A stretch of DNA of 64,000 nucleotides, from positions 10,788,001-10,852,000 of the forward strand of contig JBHGNT010000014.1 in NCBI GenBank assembly GCA_043228905.1, in the 5' to 3' direction. The stretch is from Azolla caroliniana. Its lineage: Eukaryota > Plantae > Polypodiophyta. A program made the translations under genes and the position numbers. The notes below the pieces were generated by a model, which worked only from the letters and a program-made list of their open reading frames with translations, was not told the origin of the DNA and searched no databases. Positions 10,402-23,200 of this stretch are shown piece after piece; the first letter of the stretch is position 1; each line of letters starts with the position of its first letter.

Positions 10402-12818
10402 TGGGATAGAATCGAATATTTGTGAGAAAAATATGTTGAAATATACAGACAGAACACGAATGATAGCAAAATACACAGTGCATACAGTTTTATGTAGAAA
10501 CCCTAAATGAGGAGAAACCACGGGAACAATGATCCACTATATGAATAGAGAATATAGAAAAAACAGTTACAACACTCTGAAACTCAGAGGATAACCACTT
10601 AGAGTTGTTGGTAGGCTTATTGAACTCTACCGTCGCTCTTTTTTTATTATCATAATTAGTTTACCCTAGTGGTAAGTCGATAACACTACAAACTCAATTT
10701 CCTCACCTCTCTATTATATACTTCATATATATCTCTATTTCACTAGATGCCACTGTGGAATGTAGGGGTTGAACCCATGACCGCCTGGTCTCCATTGGGC
10801 AACCTTACCAACTGAGCTACATCCATCTCACACAAACTCTCTATCTACATAGCGCTTCGCTATGCCCTTAGATTCTTTTTGTTCTAAAATCTCTATGTTT
10901 GCCCTAAGTGTATTTATACTTATATAGAGTATGGGCTATTTACAAATGTAGCCTCTACTACTTTCATTCTTACTATTATACTAATAATAATAGTAGTTAA
11001 TTAGTCGACTAGTCGGCGTTGTCGTCGACCATACTAGTCGGTCGTGTCTTTCGACTTGCATCACTTACTATATTGTCGACTCTCCATGTCGACTCCTCCT
11101 TGTCTTAGATTGTCGGCTCTCCATCTGACCAGTTGGGTCATCCCATAGGTGGGACATATTCCTAACCAACTCCCCTTTCACTCCTATGGGTGGAGTCAGT
11201 TAGTCATGTCCTCTGTTGATAGACTCTGAGTCTATCCATTGGAGTGTATATCCCCCTGACATATCCGTATCAGTAAAGCCTTCAAGCATAGGTTTTCTGC
11301 GCATAGGCTAGATGTATGGCACTCTGGATGTCACAAAGAAGCAAGAACTCCATTTGCTTCATTCCCAACTCACGGAGAAAGCTTCTCATCAAAATTAGCT
11401 TTTTTCTAGCCTCTACCGTTGCCATATACTCTTCCTCTGCCACAAACTTCTCCAATCTTAACTGCCACAACACTTCTCGCTCTACATAGGTCATCACGTA
11501 CCCTGAGGTGGATCGACTTGAGTCTATATCCCCCGACATGTCCGAATCGGTAAAACCTTCAAGCATAGGTTTTCCGACATCATACGTAAGGCACACGCTC
11601 GAGATGCCTTTTAAGTACCTGAGTGTCCATTTAACAACTGCCCAATGTTCTCTTCCTAGATTACTCATGTATCGGCTTACTGCTCCCACAACAAATGTTA
11701 TGTCTAGCCTCGTACAAACCATAACATACATTAAACTACCGACGGTCAAGGCATATGGTAATTTCCTCATCTTGGTCTTGTCCTTCTCGCTTTTCGGACG
11801 TTTAACATTCATCTTGTAGTTTGTCGGCAATATAGAGCCAACTGGCTTTGCTTCCGACATGTTGAATCTTTCTTAGATCTTTGTCACATACTTCTCTTGA
11901 GACAGCCACAACGCTTTCTTAGTTCTATCTCGAACTGTGTGCATCCCCAAGATAAGTTTAGCTGGTTCAAGGACTTTCTTGACAAACGACTTGCCTAGAG
12001 TCTTCTTCAAGCTCACGATCCTGGTCATGTCTTGTCTGACTATCAACATGTCATCCACATATAATAAGAGAATCAGGAAGTCACATTCACCGTACCTTTT
12101 GAAAACACATAGTGATCAACTTTTATTTTCTGTCGTGAAGGACTCGAACTTCTTGTACCATTGGCGTGGAGCTTGTTTCAGACCATAAAGGCTTTTCTTC
12201 GGTACACACACTAGGTTCTCTTTCCCTTTCTATACAAATCCTTCGGGATTCTACTTGTAGATCTCTTCCTCCAGCTCTTCATGCATTAATGTTGTCTTGA
12301 CATCCAATAGTTCGATTTGCAGGTCCATACTGGTAGCTATACACAAAACAGTTCGGATGGATGTCATTTTCACGACTAGTGCAAATATTTCGTCGAAATC
12401 GACACCCTTTTTCTGTTGAAACCCCTTCACTGCAATGCGAGCTTTATATCTCGGTGTGTTGTCGACTTGTCTAGTCTTTACCTTATAGACCCATTAGTTC
12501 CATAATACTCTCTTACCTTTTGGTACCTCTACCAAATCATAGGTATAGTTCTCGTGCAAAGACTACACTATTCTTGCATTGCAATCAACCATTTCTCTTT
12601 GTGCTCATTAGCCATGGCCTCATCATAGCACTCAGGCTCACCTTCATCAGTCAAGAGGATGTATTGACTGACATATGTAGCCAGTGCTCTCCTTTCTCTG
12701 AGTGGCTATCTCCTTCCACCCATTTCCGACTCCGGTTCAGATGTCTTTGCTGACTCTTCTCTCGGCTTGGGTTCATACATGTTGATCAGTTGCTCTGGCT
12801 TAGCTATCTCCGACGCGT
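10402..12818 (-). mobile_element. Copia-C copy 1: RT/RNase H remnants, PPT and 3' LTR (10402-11167)
   Basis: ORFs 11282-11860 and 11873-12058 (YVDDML-like, GSLMYVMVC, FTDSDMSGD). PPT complement AACTCCCCTTTCACTCC at 11168. LTR resembles 62797-63442. Confidence 0.8.
10639..10827 (-). mobile_element. tRNA-derived SINE-like element, copy 1, inside a copia-C LTR
   Basis: Minus strand reads GATGGATGTAGCTCAGTTGGTAAGG...GGGTTCAACCCC (A and B boxes) with an A-rich tail. It is absent from the related LTR at ~63030-63075 and similar to 24892-25084. Confidence 0.75.
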
Positions 12819-13211
12819 TGTCGTGCCTTTGGGCACCGGATCGTTGCGTGAGTCTGGTGGGAACCATTGGGGTTTTGGACTGGGAGGTTGGATAATTCAA
12901 GGCAAATAAGAATGTGAATAGGTTGTAAGTAAAAGATATAAAAACCTTGTGAATCCCATGGGTATAGTGTATTAGTCAACACTTAGATAAGAATATGAAT
13001 TTAGATAAAAAGAAAGAAATCAAAAACTTGTGAATCCCACAAGTATAGTTTATTAATCCCCCCTTCTAAAAGTATTCAACCCCATATACACCTTTCTCTC
13101 TTCCGTATATAGTGATGGAAGTGTCTAAGTTTATCACATGCAAGCATCATGCCTTTTCTAACTTTAGTTTTCATGCACACTACATGTGCATGATTAGCTT
13201 TCTATCACACA
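12819..13211 (-). mobile_element. Partial LTR of the gypsy-B family
   Basis: Near-identical to 20103-20238 plus 24267-24520; starts TGTCGTGCC. Confidence 0.85.
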
Positions 13212-15470
13212 CAGAAACACGACATCGACTACGATGAGACGTTCGCACCGGTCGCGAAGATGATGACCGTACGTGTTTTGCTCGTGGTAGCTGCGACAAA
13301 GGGGTGGCACTTACATCAGATGGACGTAAGGAATGCGTTCCTGCAAGGTGAGCTTGAGGAATAGGTGTACATGGTACATCCCCCCGGATTTCACTCCGGA
13401 ACGAACACTTCGGCGGTGTGCCGATTGAAGAAGTCCCTTTACGGACTAAAGCAAGCCCCGCGTGCCTGGAACGCGAAGACCATGCAATGATTGCGTCGGA
13501 TGGGCTTTGCAACGTCAAGATCGGACTCCTCACTGTTCATCCGGAAAGGTCGACTCGGGCCGGTTAGCATTTTACTTTATGTTGATGACTTGGTCATCAC
13601 CGGCGCAGACCTAGGTGAGATTGACCGCGTGAAGCTCCAACTTGCGGCATCATTTAACATGAAGGATCTGGGGGACCTTCATTACTTCCTCGGGATCGAA
13701 GTGATCCGCACCCCCAACGGATTACTGATCAGCCAACGACATTACGTGCTGAGTATGCTCTTCAAATTCGAGATGGCCGACTGTAAGTCTGTCTTGAATC
13801 CTCTAGATAGAACCATCAATCTTCGCCCCGATTCCGGAAAGGTATGCCACTCGACGAGGTTCCGATAGATAGTCGGAAGCCTTATATACTTGACCATCAC
13901 CCGACCAGATCTCAGCTACCCTGTCGGGGTGATTAGTCAGTTCATGGCGCGACCGACCGAGGAGCACCTTTAGTGCACACAACATGTACTCTGGTACGTC
14001 AGTGGCACTAAGGACCGGAGGCTACTATATCAGACCGATACTGTCACGCAGTTGGTCGGTTACACCGATGCTGATTGGGCCGGAAACGCTGGCGATCGCC
14101 GATCCACGTCCGGTTTCACGTTCTCTCTTGGGAGTGCTGCGATCGCGTGCAGTAGCAAGAAGCAGCCGACAGTTGCGCTGTCGAGCACCGAAGCTGAGTA
14201 TAGAGGAGTGGTTGTCGCGACATGCGAAGCCATATGGTTGAAGCGACTACTTAAGGATCTGCAGGTGGAGGTACCCGATCCAAAGATAATCTACTGTGAC
14301 AACCTCAACAAAATCCAACTAGCAAAGAACCCTGTCTTCCACGCCTGGACTAAGCACTTGAGGTGCACTACCATTTCGTCCGTGAGTGTGTCCACTCCGG
14401 TGAAGTCGAACTTCAGTATGTTTCGACGGATCGGCAGAACGCTGACATCTTCACCAAGCCTCTTGATCTGGACAAGTTGTGGCAATTCTCGGGTGCGCTT
14501 GGGTTGCATCACCTCGACGTGCCGAGCTTGAGGGGGAAAGATGTCCCGGATGACCATGGAAGGGAGCAGGAAAGGAGCGGAAAGACCGTGACGCCGAGTC
14601 GGATGACGAATTCGATTTCGGATTGGCTGAAGAAGCCGAGGGCGGATCCACGGAAGATTCCGAAAGCAGACATAAGGGGAGCAGTCAAAAGAAAGAGCCG
14701 AAGCCAACCAAGCGAGGGGGAGATGAAGCCATCAAGGCCAAGAAGACCGAAAACGAGTTGGAGACAACCAAATCAGACGTGAGCGAAAACCGGTCGGAGG
14801 AAGTCGAGTCGGTTTGGATGTTTGATTTGGATACGTTGAATCAACCAAGGGCCAAGCGGAAGAGAAGGCAGCAGAAGAGGCGCCAACACCGCAACAACAA
14901 GGAAGCTGAGAAGGGCCGTGTGAGCAGACAAGCCGACCGGGAGGGTCGAGGCGTGCGGAATCGAACAGGCTGAGGAGCGCGAGCAAGGCGTGAAGCCAGA
15001 AGGAACTAGAGTGTAGATCCGGCAGAGCAGGTGGAACCTGAAGTTGAGCTTAAGGGGGAGTGGTGAGAGACAAGCTCAACATTCGTGCATAATACGATGC
15101 GTAACCCAGTTAGACTAGGTGCATAAATCGGTACGCATAACATGGCCGTATCGGTGTAAAAACCACAAGGCCGTTGGGAAGATATTCCTCATAAGGAATA
15201 ATTTTGGGAGGTAGTGTAGTAGGCTCATTTATGAGCGGTCAAGTACTGTCAGTACTTGTGTCAGCCTTATTGTCAGGGCTTGTATAAAAGGTGCTCACTG
15301 AGCACGGTGTATGTACAGATTGAGTATTATTTTGAATTGAGTTTCTATGTGTTCTCTCTCTTTGTCTCTCCAGCATACTGTGTATATTCAAGCTCTCCAT
15401 TAAACCTGTGTATTTTCCGTGTTGAGTTCTCTATTGCTTCCGCACATAATCTTTTTCACTCTATAGCGCC
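13212..15470 (+). mobile_element. Copia-D 3' fragment: RT, RNase H, PPT and 3' LTR (~15061-15470)
   Basis: LLYVDDLVITG, MKDLGDLHYFLGIEV, GYTDADWAG, STEAEY, YCDN, ADIFTK. PPT AAGGGGGAG at 15052-15060. Right boundary is approximate. Confidence 0.8.
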
Positions 15471-18400
15471 CGACCTTCTACTTGGTTCGTCGGATCTTCC
15501 CAAGCTAATACCAAGTACTTCTTTTGTCCGATCCTGGTTGGCACGGCCACAATGTCGACCATCCATTTGAAGTTGATTGTCGGTAAGAATGTAATTCATC
15601 TCGGTGTCGAACTCCGGAGTAGATTTGGCATTTCTTGTCGCTTCCCGTGAACTCCACTACATCTTTGTACATATTCTTCCACCAATATTTTTGCTTGATC
15701 TTCACAAATGTTGCCCATGTTCCCCGATGTCCAGCACGATCGGATTCGTGAAATTCGGATATTATTCGATTTTGTTGCTGTTTTGTTTCGACTACCCACA
15801 GTGGTATGCCATCCGGTCTTTCCGGCTCCCTCCAAATTAATCCATTGTTCAAGAAGAACTTCTGGACTTGCCGCTTCTTACTTTGGATCTCGACTCTATT
15901 TTCCAGATTGTCCAATGACTCCTGGATTTCTTGTAGCACCTTCCCGATCATCAGGCTTTCTCCCTCGTATTCGGCTTCCCGAAATTCTCCGATTACATTC
16001 ACCCGGCATATGTGCTTTGAAGTAAAGTAGTTTTCGGAAACTTCTTCATTATCGGGTTCAGCTATGTCGTCTCCGAACTGTGCCCTTGACAACATATCCG
16101 CTACCGCGTTGTCTTTTCCGGAGATGTGTCGTACCTCCGGATTAAGCGACTTTACATATGCAATCCATCTTAACATTGCCATATCCGGTATCGTACAACA
16201 CCGCATCATCCCGAGTATGGGAAGACAATCCGTTTCGATCAATAATTTGGCTCCGATCAAATAATCTTGATCTGATTTTATCGCCGACATGGCTCCCCAT
16301 AATTCTCTTTTAACTTGTGCATATCTGTGTTTGCCTTTCGTTGAGAACTTTTGCTCCGAAACGGATCGGATATCGTGAACCATCCGAGTTGACTTGGTTG
16401 ATGACCCATCCGATCCCTGTTGGACTTGTATAAACCATTACTATGATCGGCCGGTCATAGTTCGGTTTCTTAAGTGCTTTTGCCCTCCGTAATGTTTTCT
16501 TGAGTTTCTTCATGGCTTTGGTATGTTCCGGCCTCCATTCGAATTTATTACCCTTCCACAACAAGTGATAGAGTGGATCCGCAATGTGTGCATAGTGCGG
16601 AATCCATATGTGATAAAATGCACATGCTCCAAGAAATCTACGGACTTTGGATTGTGACTTGTATATTTTGTTTCATAGCTTGAATCGCATCGATCTTTAT
16701 TGGTGACGTTCTTCGGCCATAAGGCCCACATAGATGTCCGACTACCAATATCTCTTCTTTTCTGAATGCCGATTTCTCTCCAGAGAGTGTTAGGTGCACA
16801 TCTTCTAACTTTCGTAACACTTTCTCGCAGTCACGAATATGGTCAACTACGAACTTTCGACATCCTCGATCATCCATCGTCTCATCTTTTTCTTCCACCA
16901 CACATCCTTTCATTGGAATGTCATCTAGGAACGACATTGTTATCTCCGGAATGTAGACTTAGAGCACCTTGTTCATTGCATTCATCATATGTGCGACCGA
17001 GTTTGTCACTCCTTGTGGTAGCGTGCACATCCGGACTAATCCTATTGGTGTTCGCATTGTAGTGATATCTCGGCTCTCCACGGCTAGTTGGAATTGGTCA
17101 TATCCAGAGTATAGGTCTCCAATGGAGTATATTGCGCATCCAACAAACACTTCCGCAAATTCGTCCACTATCGAACTGACTCCGGGGTTCCGGATCATGA
17201 CCTTGTTCACTGGTTGTAAATCTTGAATGAATTGGAGTGGCCCATTCTTCTTAGGAACCGTAAACCATCGATTTGAGTACGGAGTGTTTGATGGCTATAG
17301 AATCCCCATCGCCACCTTCTGCTTGAGCAAGTCAATGATTTTCGGAATATGCGCCCGTGGCACTGGAATCGGCTTCAGGTTCCACAGCACATGATTGATC
17401 GAGAAGATCACCATCGGTTCTACTATCTTCGGATCAACGCACCCTATCTCTCTTGATGTGAATGCGAATGATTTTCCATGTTGCTCTAGCATCTCACAGC
17501 ATCTCACGAAATCGTTCTTCTTCGTTCTGTAAGAGAAACCCACCTCCACTAATCCGAAGTTTCTTTCGGGTCTCATTCGTGAAGGCATGTCTGATATCCA
17601 TGAACTTCCGAAGTGTCGGATCTCTCGAGACGTCTTTCCTCTTTTGTTCGCTATTGGCGGGTAGCGGTCCCGCGGACGGTTCACCTTCTTTTCCACGGTC
17701 TTATATTTTGTACATACCATTGCTTCTTCTTTGCGGAGTGCATCTGGCCCCATTTTTGCAATGATCTCGTACATCTTGACTGATTCCACCGGGACTACCC
17801 AGTCTCCCTGGCTATTCTCTTCTGCAAGCTCTTCAAGCCGTTGTAGCGTGCTCCCATAGAACACATCTTTGACTACCCCCACAATTTCTTCGTCTTCTTT
17901 TATGATTGATGCACACTGTAACTCATCTTGCACCTTTCAGAATTCTTTCTTCATTAATTTGGTTACAACCGTGTATGTAGATGCCCCATCCGGACCGATT
18001 CGTACTTGTTTTGCTTCGAGAGTTTTCTTCCTGTGTGGGGTATCATGGCTTCTCGGACTATCACTTCCCCACTCCACAATAGTCCGCTTTAAAAATCCAT
18101 TTTTGTTTGGGACAGGAGCTCTCTCTTTTTCCTTTCGTGATTCGATGGCAAAGTTAGGAATTGGACGGTTTTCCCTCCGGTTTGCCTCCGAATTCGTGCA
18201 AAAGTCGCTCCACTATCGAGCACCTTTGTCTCCATCTGTGAAGCCATGATAAAGGGTTGCCTGAGGATCACAGAATGTGAGACCTCATTTTGAACGAAGA
18301 AATTTTGGTCAATCTCCACATCTCCAATCTTCACCGTCACATACGGACAAGCCGCAAATAGGTCTTTTGTTGCTTTAGTGGCTGCCCGGATCTTCCATCC

Positions 18401-20082
18401 TTGATTGGTGTTAATAGGCCACTTCCCCATCTAGTAGAACTCCTTGGAAATCAGGTTGATCTTCGATCCATGATTAATCAACGCAACTACGGGCTCTTTG
18501 ATGTTTCCAATCCGGACCGGAGTCTTCGTAGTTACTCGTGCCCAGTGTGGCTTTGTGTAGTGGGAGTTCGGAATCTCATCCTCTACTTCCGTATCATTCA
18601 TTAGAACAATATTTGCATTCACCCTTGGAGCAGTTGATTCTTCCGTAGCTTGTGTCTTTCTTTTTAGAAGATCCACAAGAAGATCGTGAAACTCCTTCTT
18701 CGCTATCCTGAGCAATTCCCGGAGAGAAATTTCCACCTGACTATCAAGGATTCTCTCTTCGAGCACCTTCTTTAGGTCCGTCCGTTGTTCGATGTTCGAA
18801 GTGAGTTTGAATGCCAAAATTGTTTTTCCTTTCCCCTTCCCTTCGGATTTCTAGCTCTCCGGTGTCTTTGATGGCCCGACCGCATCATCCGTGCGCGGTC
18901 GTTTCTCATTGACATACACCTCATGCAATTGACATAATGCATGTATGCTATTCTTATCTATGGGGCACTCCAATCCCGTAGCTTCCCGGATGCCCTCTGC
19001 GGTGCTCCGGATTTCATCAAAGTCGGATTTCTCCGAGATTTCTAGCACTTCCAGCCAAAAAGATGCCTTTGCTCTAGATGACTCCCCCACACGTATTCGC
19101 GCGGTTGTCGCATAATTGCTTTTAGCCGCTATCTCCTCCTCTAGGACCTTCTTCATGCCGTCTTTTCGGAAGTTCGGTCGGAGTGGCTTTTGAGAGTCCA
19201 TCAAATGAATTCAAATGAACATGATCACAATCCTTCCGATCATGTTCAGTGCTATCACACCATATGCAACGACGGTCCATATACTTGGAACTTGTGGGAT
19301 GGTCTTCTGACTTCTTCACCACTGTGATTTTCAGATTCTCCATCTCCTTCAGCAACTGCATCGATCCCCTTCTCGGTCATAGTCTCCCAAGCCAATGGTT
19401 GATGGTCTTCCAATCCGGATCTTGGTTTTAGAATTGGTTCTGAAACCCTCTTTTCTTCATTACCAAGCCATTGCCCCCTTTTTGTGTATCGTGCGACAAT
19501 GTCTTGCACGTTTTCCCATGTATTGGTGAGGCCACTCTCAGTAGTCGTGTCCTCTAGAAGCACTCCAAGGTCCATGGCTCGTAAGAACATGATCACTTTG
19601 TTCGGTGTGAGCATAGCTTGATCTCTCACGGACAACCTCCCGAATCGACTTTCGAATGCTAAAAACAGATCGAGAACCTTCAGCTCCTTGTCCAGTGTTC
19701 CCATCCAATCTTTGAATCCCCTCCGCATTGCCTTGGAAAAGTCCTCGATAGCGTACGTGGTCTTCAACGCTTCTTCAAACGCTTCCCACATCAGATTTTG
19801 TTGTCGTATCCCGTAAATACTCCCTTGAAGCCCGTCCGTAGCCACCCAATTGAAGGATGTCACCTGCAATCCTTCCAATATTCCGCACCGTAGCATCTCC
19901 GCCTTGTAGTCACGCAAATAACGTGATACATCCTTCTCGTTGAATTGCCCATTCCGTTGCACGAGCCGCTCTACTGTCGTCGCAATCTCCGACATCACGC
20001 GTTGTTCTTGTAGCATCCGCTCAAACATTGTCATCATATTGTTAGTCTCTTGTTGATTTTCCATCTCCTTGCCACCTGTTTT

Positions 20083-20098
20083 CACGTCCGATTCACCA
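20083..20098 (-). promoter_or_regulatory. Primer-binding site resembling the complement of the tRNA-Trp 3' end
   Basis: Minus strand TGGTGAATCGGACGTG, 4 nt from the LTR end. Plant tRNA-Trp complement recalled as TGGTGAACCCGACGTG. Confidence 0.6.
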
Positions 20099-20238
20099 AA
20101 TTTGTCGTGCCTTTCAGCACCAGATCGTTGCGTGAGTCAGGTGGGAACCGCTGAGGTTTTGGACTAGGAGGTTGGATAATTCAAGGCAAATAAGAATGTG
20201 AATAGGTTGTAAGTAAAAGATATAAAAATCTCGTGAAT

Positions 20239-23200
20239 TGTTAGGAAACAGGTCCCTCCGGATGGGAAGTGAGAAGACCCAGTGAGAACCGGATGTGGCC
20301 CGTCAACGGAAGACCCGGTGAGAGCCGGATGAGGAGTACCCGACAACGGAAGACCCGGTGAGAACTGGCTGACATGTGCCCGCCAAGCGCCGGATGATGC
20401 AGGCCCGGTGAGGAGTGCTCACCGGATGAAGGGACATATTCGTAGATATGTTTCTGAGAGTCCATCGGGGCTATATTTGTAAATAGGCGAAAAGTCATAT
20501 TAGTATAAATATGACTTAGGGCAAACTTAGTAATAAGTAGTTGTTATTCTTGAAGGCGCAAGATTAGAGCGCAACAGTGTACAGAGAGAGAGAGATAGAG
20601 AAAGAGACGAAGAGTTCGTATCTCTGTTGTAACCGCCGCATGTGGCGAAGACAGTGAACAAGAGGTCGTTGCCTCTGTGTTCATCTATTGTATATTGTCA
20701 CATAGTGATAGTTAGCAGTTAGTGGACTGTCGTGGTTTTTCGCGTGTTTGGGTTTTCCACGTAAACATCTTGTGTACTCTTCTCTCCATTGTGTCATGTA
20801 TTCATTTCCGTTTTCTGTGTTTGATTCTAAGCTTGGTTGTGGCCAAGCGTTGTTCATCGGGAGCGTATAGTCCCTGACAAAGTGGTATCAGAGCGAAACG
20901 ACACAGAAAATGGACGAATCTCTAGGAGGCATGTTCAAGCTCACCGGCTCCAACTATTCGGTGTGGAAGTCAAAGATGAGGGACATGCTCGTGGTTAAAG
21001 ATCTTTGGTTGCCAGTTCAGTTCGGGGACAAGAGACCGGACAAAATCGATGCCACGATATGGGAGGTGATGCACATGAAGACAACGACGTACATACGATG
21101 CTTCATTGACATGAGTCTATACAACAACTTCAATGAAGAGAGCAAGGCTCATGAGCTTTGGGAGAAGATCAGCATTATGTTTCAAAGCAAAAATGTTGTT
21201 AATTAGGTTTCGGTATTTGAGAAGCTAGTAAGACTCCGGTACCAAGATGGCTCCAACATGGCGGAGCACATGAATGCCTTCCAGGGGCTGATCCACAAGG
21301 CAACATCATTGGAAGTACCTCTCGCCGATGAGGTACTAGCGCTACTCCTGCTCGGTTCCCTCTCAAATAGTTGGGAGACGTTGGTTGTCACTTTGGGCAA
21401 CGCCGGGCCGGAAGGGAAACGGTTATCCCTAGCAAGAGTGAAGTCGAGCTTGCTAGATGAGGAGGCGCGTCGGAAAGATAAGGATACGAGCTCCGACTTC
21501 AAAGCGCTCCTTACTGAATAGGAACGCGGAAGACAAAGGAACCGTAGTCCCCAGAACCGGGAGAAGTCGGGGACATGGTCAAAGTCAAGGGGGAGGCCTA
21601 CCTGCTTCTATTGCGGCAAGCCGGGACACTTCCAGAAAAACTGTTGGCACTTCCGAAAGGACAAGGAAACCAATGGCACCGATTCGAAGTGGACACTAGA
21701 CCGAAACGGTAAAGACCGGAGGGGGCTGGACCGGAAGGGAACGATGACAATCACGGCAAGTGAAGAAGAGTTGATGCTTATCACCGAGGAGAGTGAGCTA
21801 AACCTTGTCGGCAACGAGATGACTTGGGTGGTCGACTCCGGAGCGTCGTTCCGCCTTACCCCGAACCGGAAATACTTCTCATCATACTCAGCCTGTGATC
21901 ACGGCTGTGTCCGGATGGGGAATGAAGGTACATGCCGAATTGTCGGCATAGGAGATGTGTGGTTGATAATGCCAACCAGATGCAAGCTGCTATTGAAGGA
22001 TGTCCGACATGTTCCGGAGGTTCGTCTGAACCTGATATCAACCGGTCGGCTAGATGATGAAGGCTACACGGGTAGCATCTGGAACGATGTTATGAAGTTC
22101 AGCATAGGGAGCCTGATTGTGGCTCGGGCCCAGAAGGTCAACACGTTGTACCTGATGAATGCCCGTTTATGCCCGGGAGAAGTGAACGAGAGGCTGTGGC
22201 ACAAGAGGCTGTGTCACATGAGCGAGAAGGGGATGAAGAGGCTTGCAGACGACAACCTCATTCTAGTGAAGAACGTGCACTTGGAGAAGTGCACTGATTG
22301 TCTGGCTGGTAAACAAAACCAGACCTCCTTCCGATCGAGGCCACCGATGAAACGTAATACACCACTGGAGTTGGTGCATACTGATATATGTCAAGTGGAC
22401 ACGAAGTCACATGCCGGATCGCATCACTTTGTGACATTCATAGATGACCACAGCCGGAAGCTGTGGGCCACACTGTTGAAGATGAAGGATCATGTGTTAT
22501 CCGTCTTCAAAGAGCTCCACGCGAGAGTGGAGAGAGAAACCGATCGGAAGCTAAAGGCGGTTCGAGCAGATAACGGGGGTGAATACCGAGGGCAGTTCGA
22601 GGAGTATTGTCGCTCGAAGGGAATCCGGCTCGAATTTACCGTGCTAAAGACGCCGGAACTAAATGGGCTGGCCAAGAGGATGAACTAGACCATAATGGAG
22701 AGGGTCCGGAGTATGCTGGCGCATGCAAAACTACCCAAGAAGTTTTGGGTTGAGGCACTGTCAACGACGACATATGTGATAAACAGATCACCCTCAGTAC
22801 CCTTGGACGGAGACACGCCACTGAGAGTCTGAACTGGTAAGGAAGTGTCCTACCGGCATCTGAAGGTATTCGGGTGTCTTGCGTATGTGCATGTAGCTAA
22901 GGACCAGAGAGGAAAACTAGATCTGAAGACCCGACCATGCATATTCCTCGGTTACGGCGACGATGAGTTCGGCTACTGAGTGTGGGACCTGGTCGACAAG
23001 AAGGTATTCCGAAGTCGAGATATTATCTTCATGGAGGACAAGACGCTCATCAACTGGGAGTCGGAGAAGAAGATAATGAACTCTGAGTTGACCGGTAAGG
23101 ATCGATTCTATGATAAGCAGATCCAACTGGCATGAGACTGGTGAGCACTCGAGGAACCAGCCAGTTACGATGAGGATACCGAACCGGCAGAAGAAGAAGT

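Noticed and set aside
10402-12818. 3' half of the same copia-C element as 30755-63442
   Set aside because: 12580-12810 and 30760-31000 cover the same part of the element, so they are separate copies.
20112-20122. TGGTGCTGAAA (minus strand) as the gypsy-B PBS
   Set aside because: The same stretch occurs at 12830-12840 inside the other LTR copy, so it belongs to the LTR. The better PBS lies at 20083-20098.
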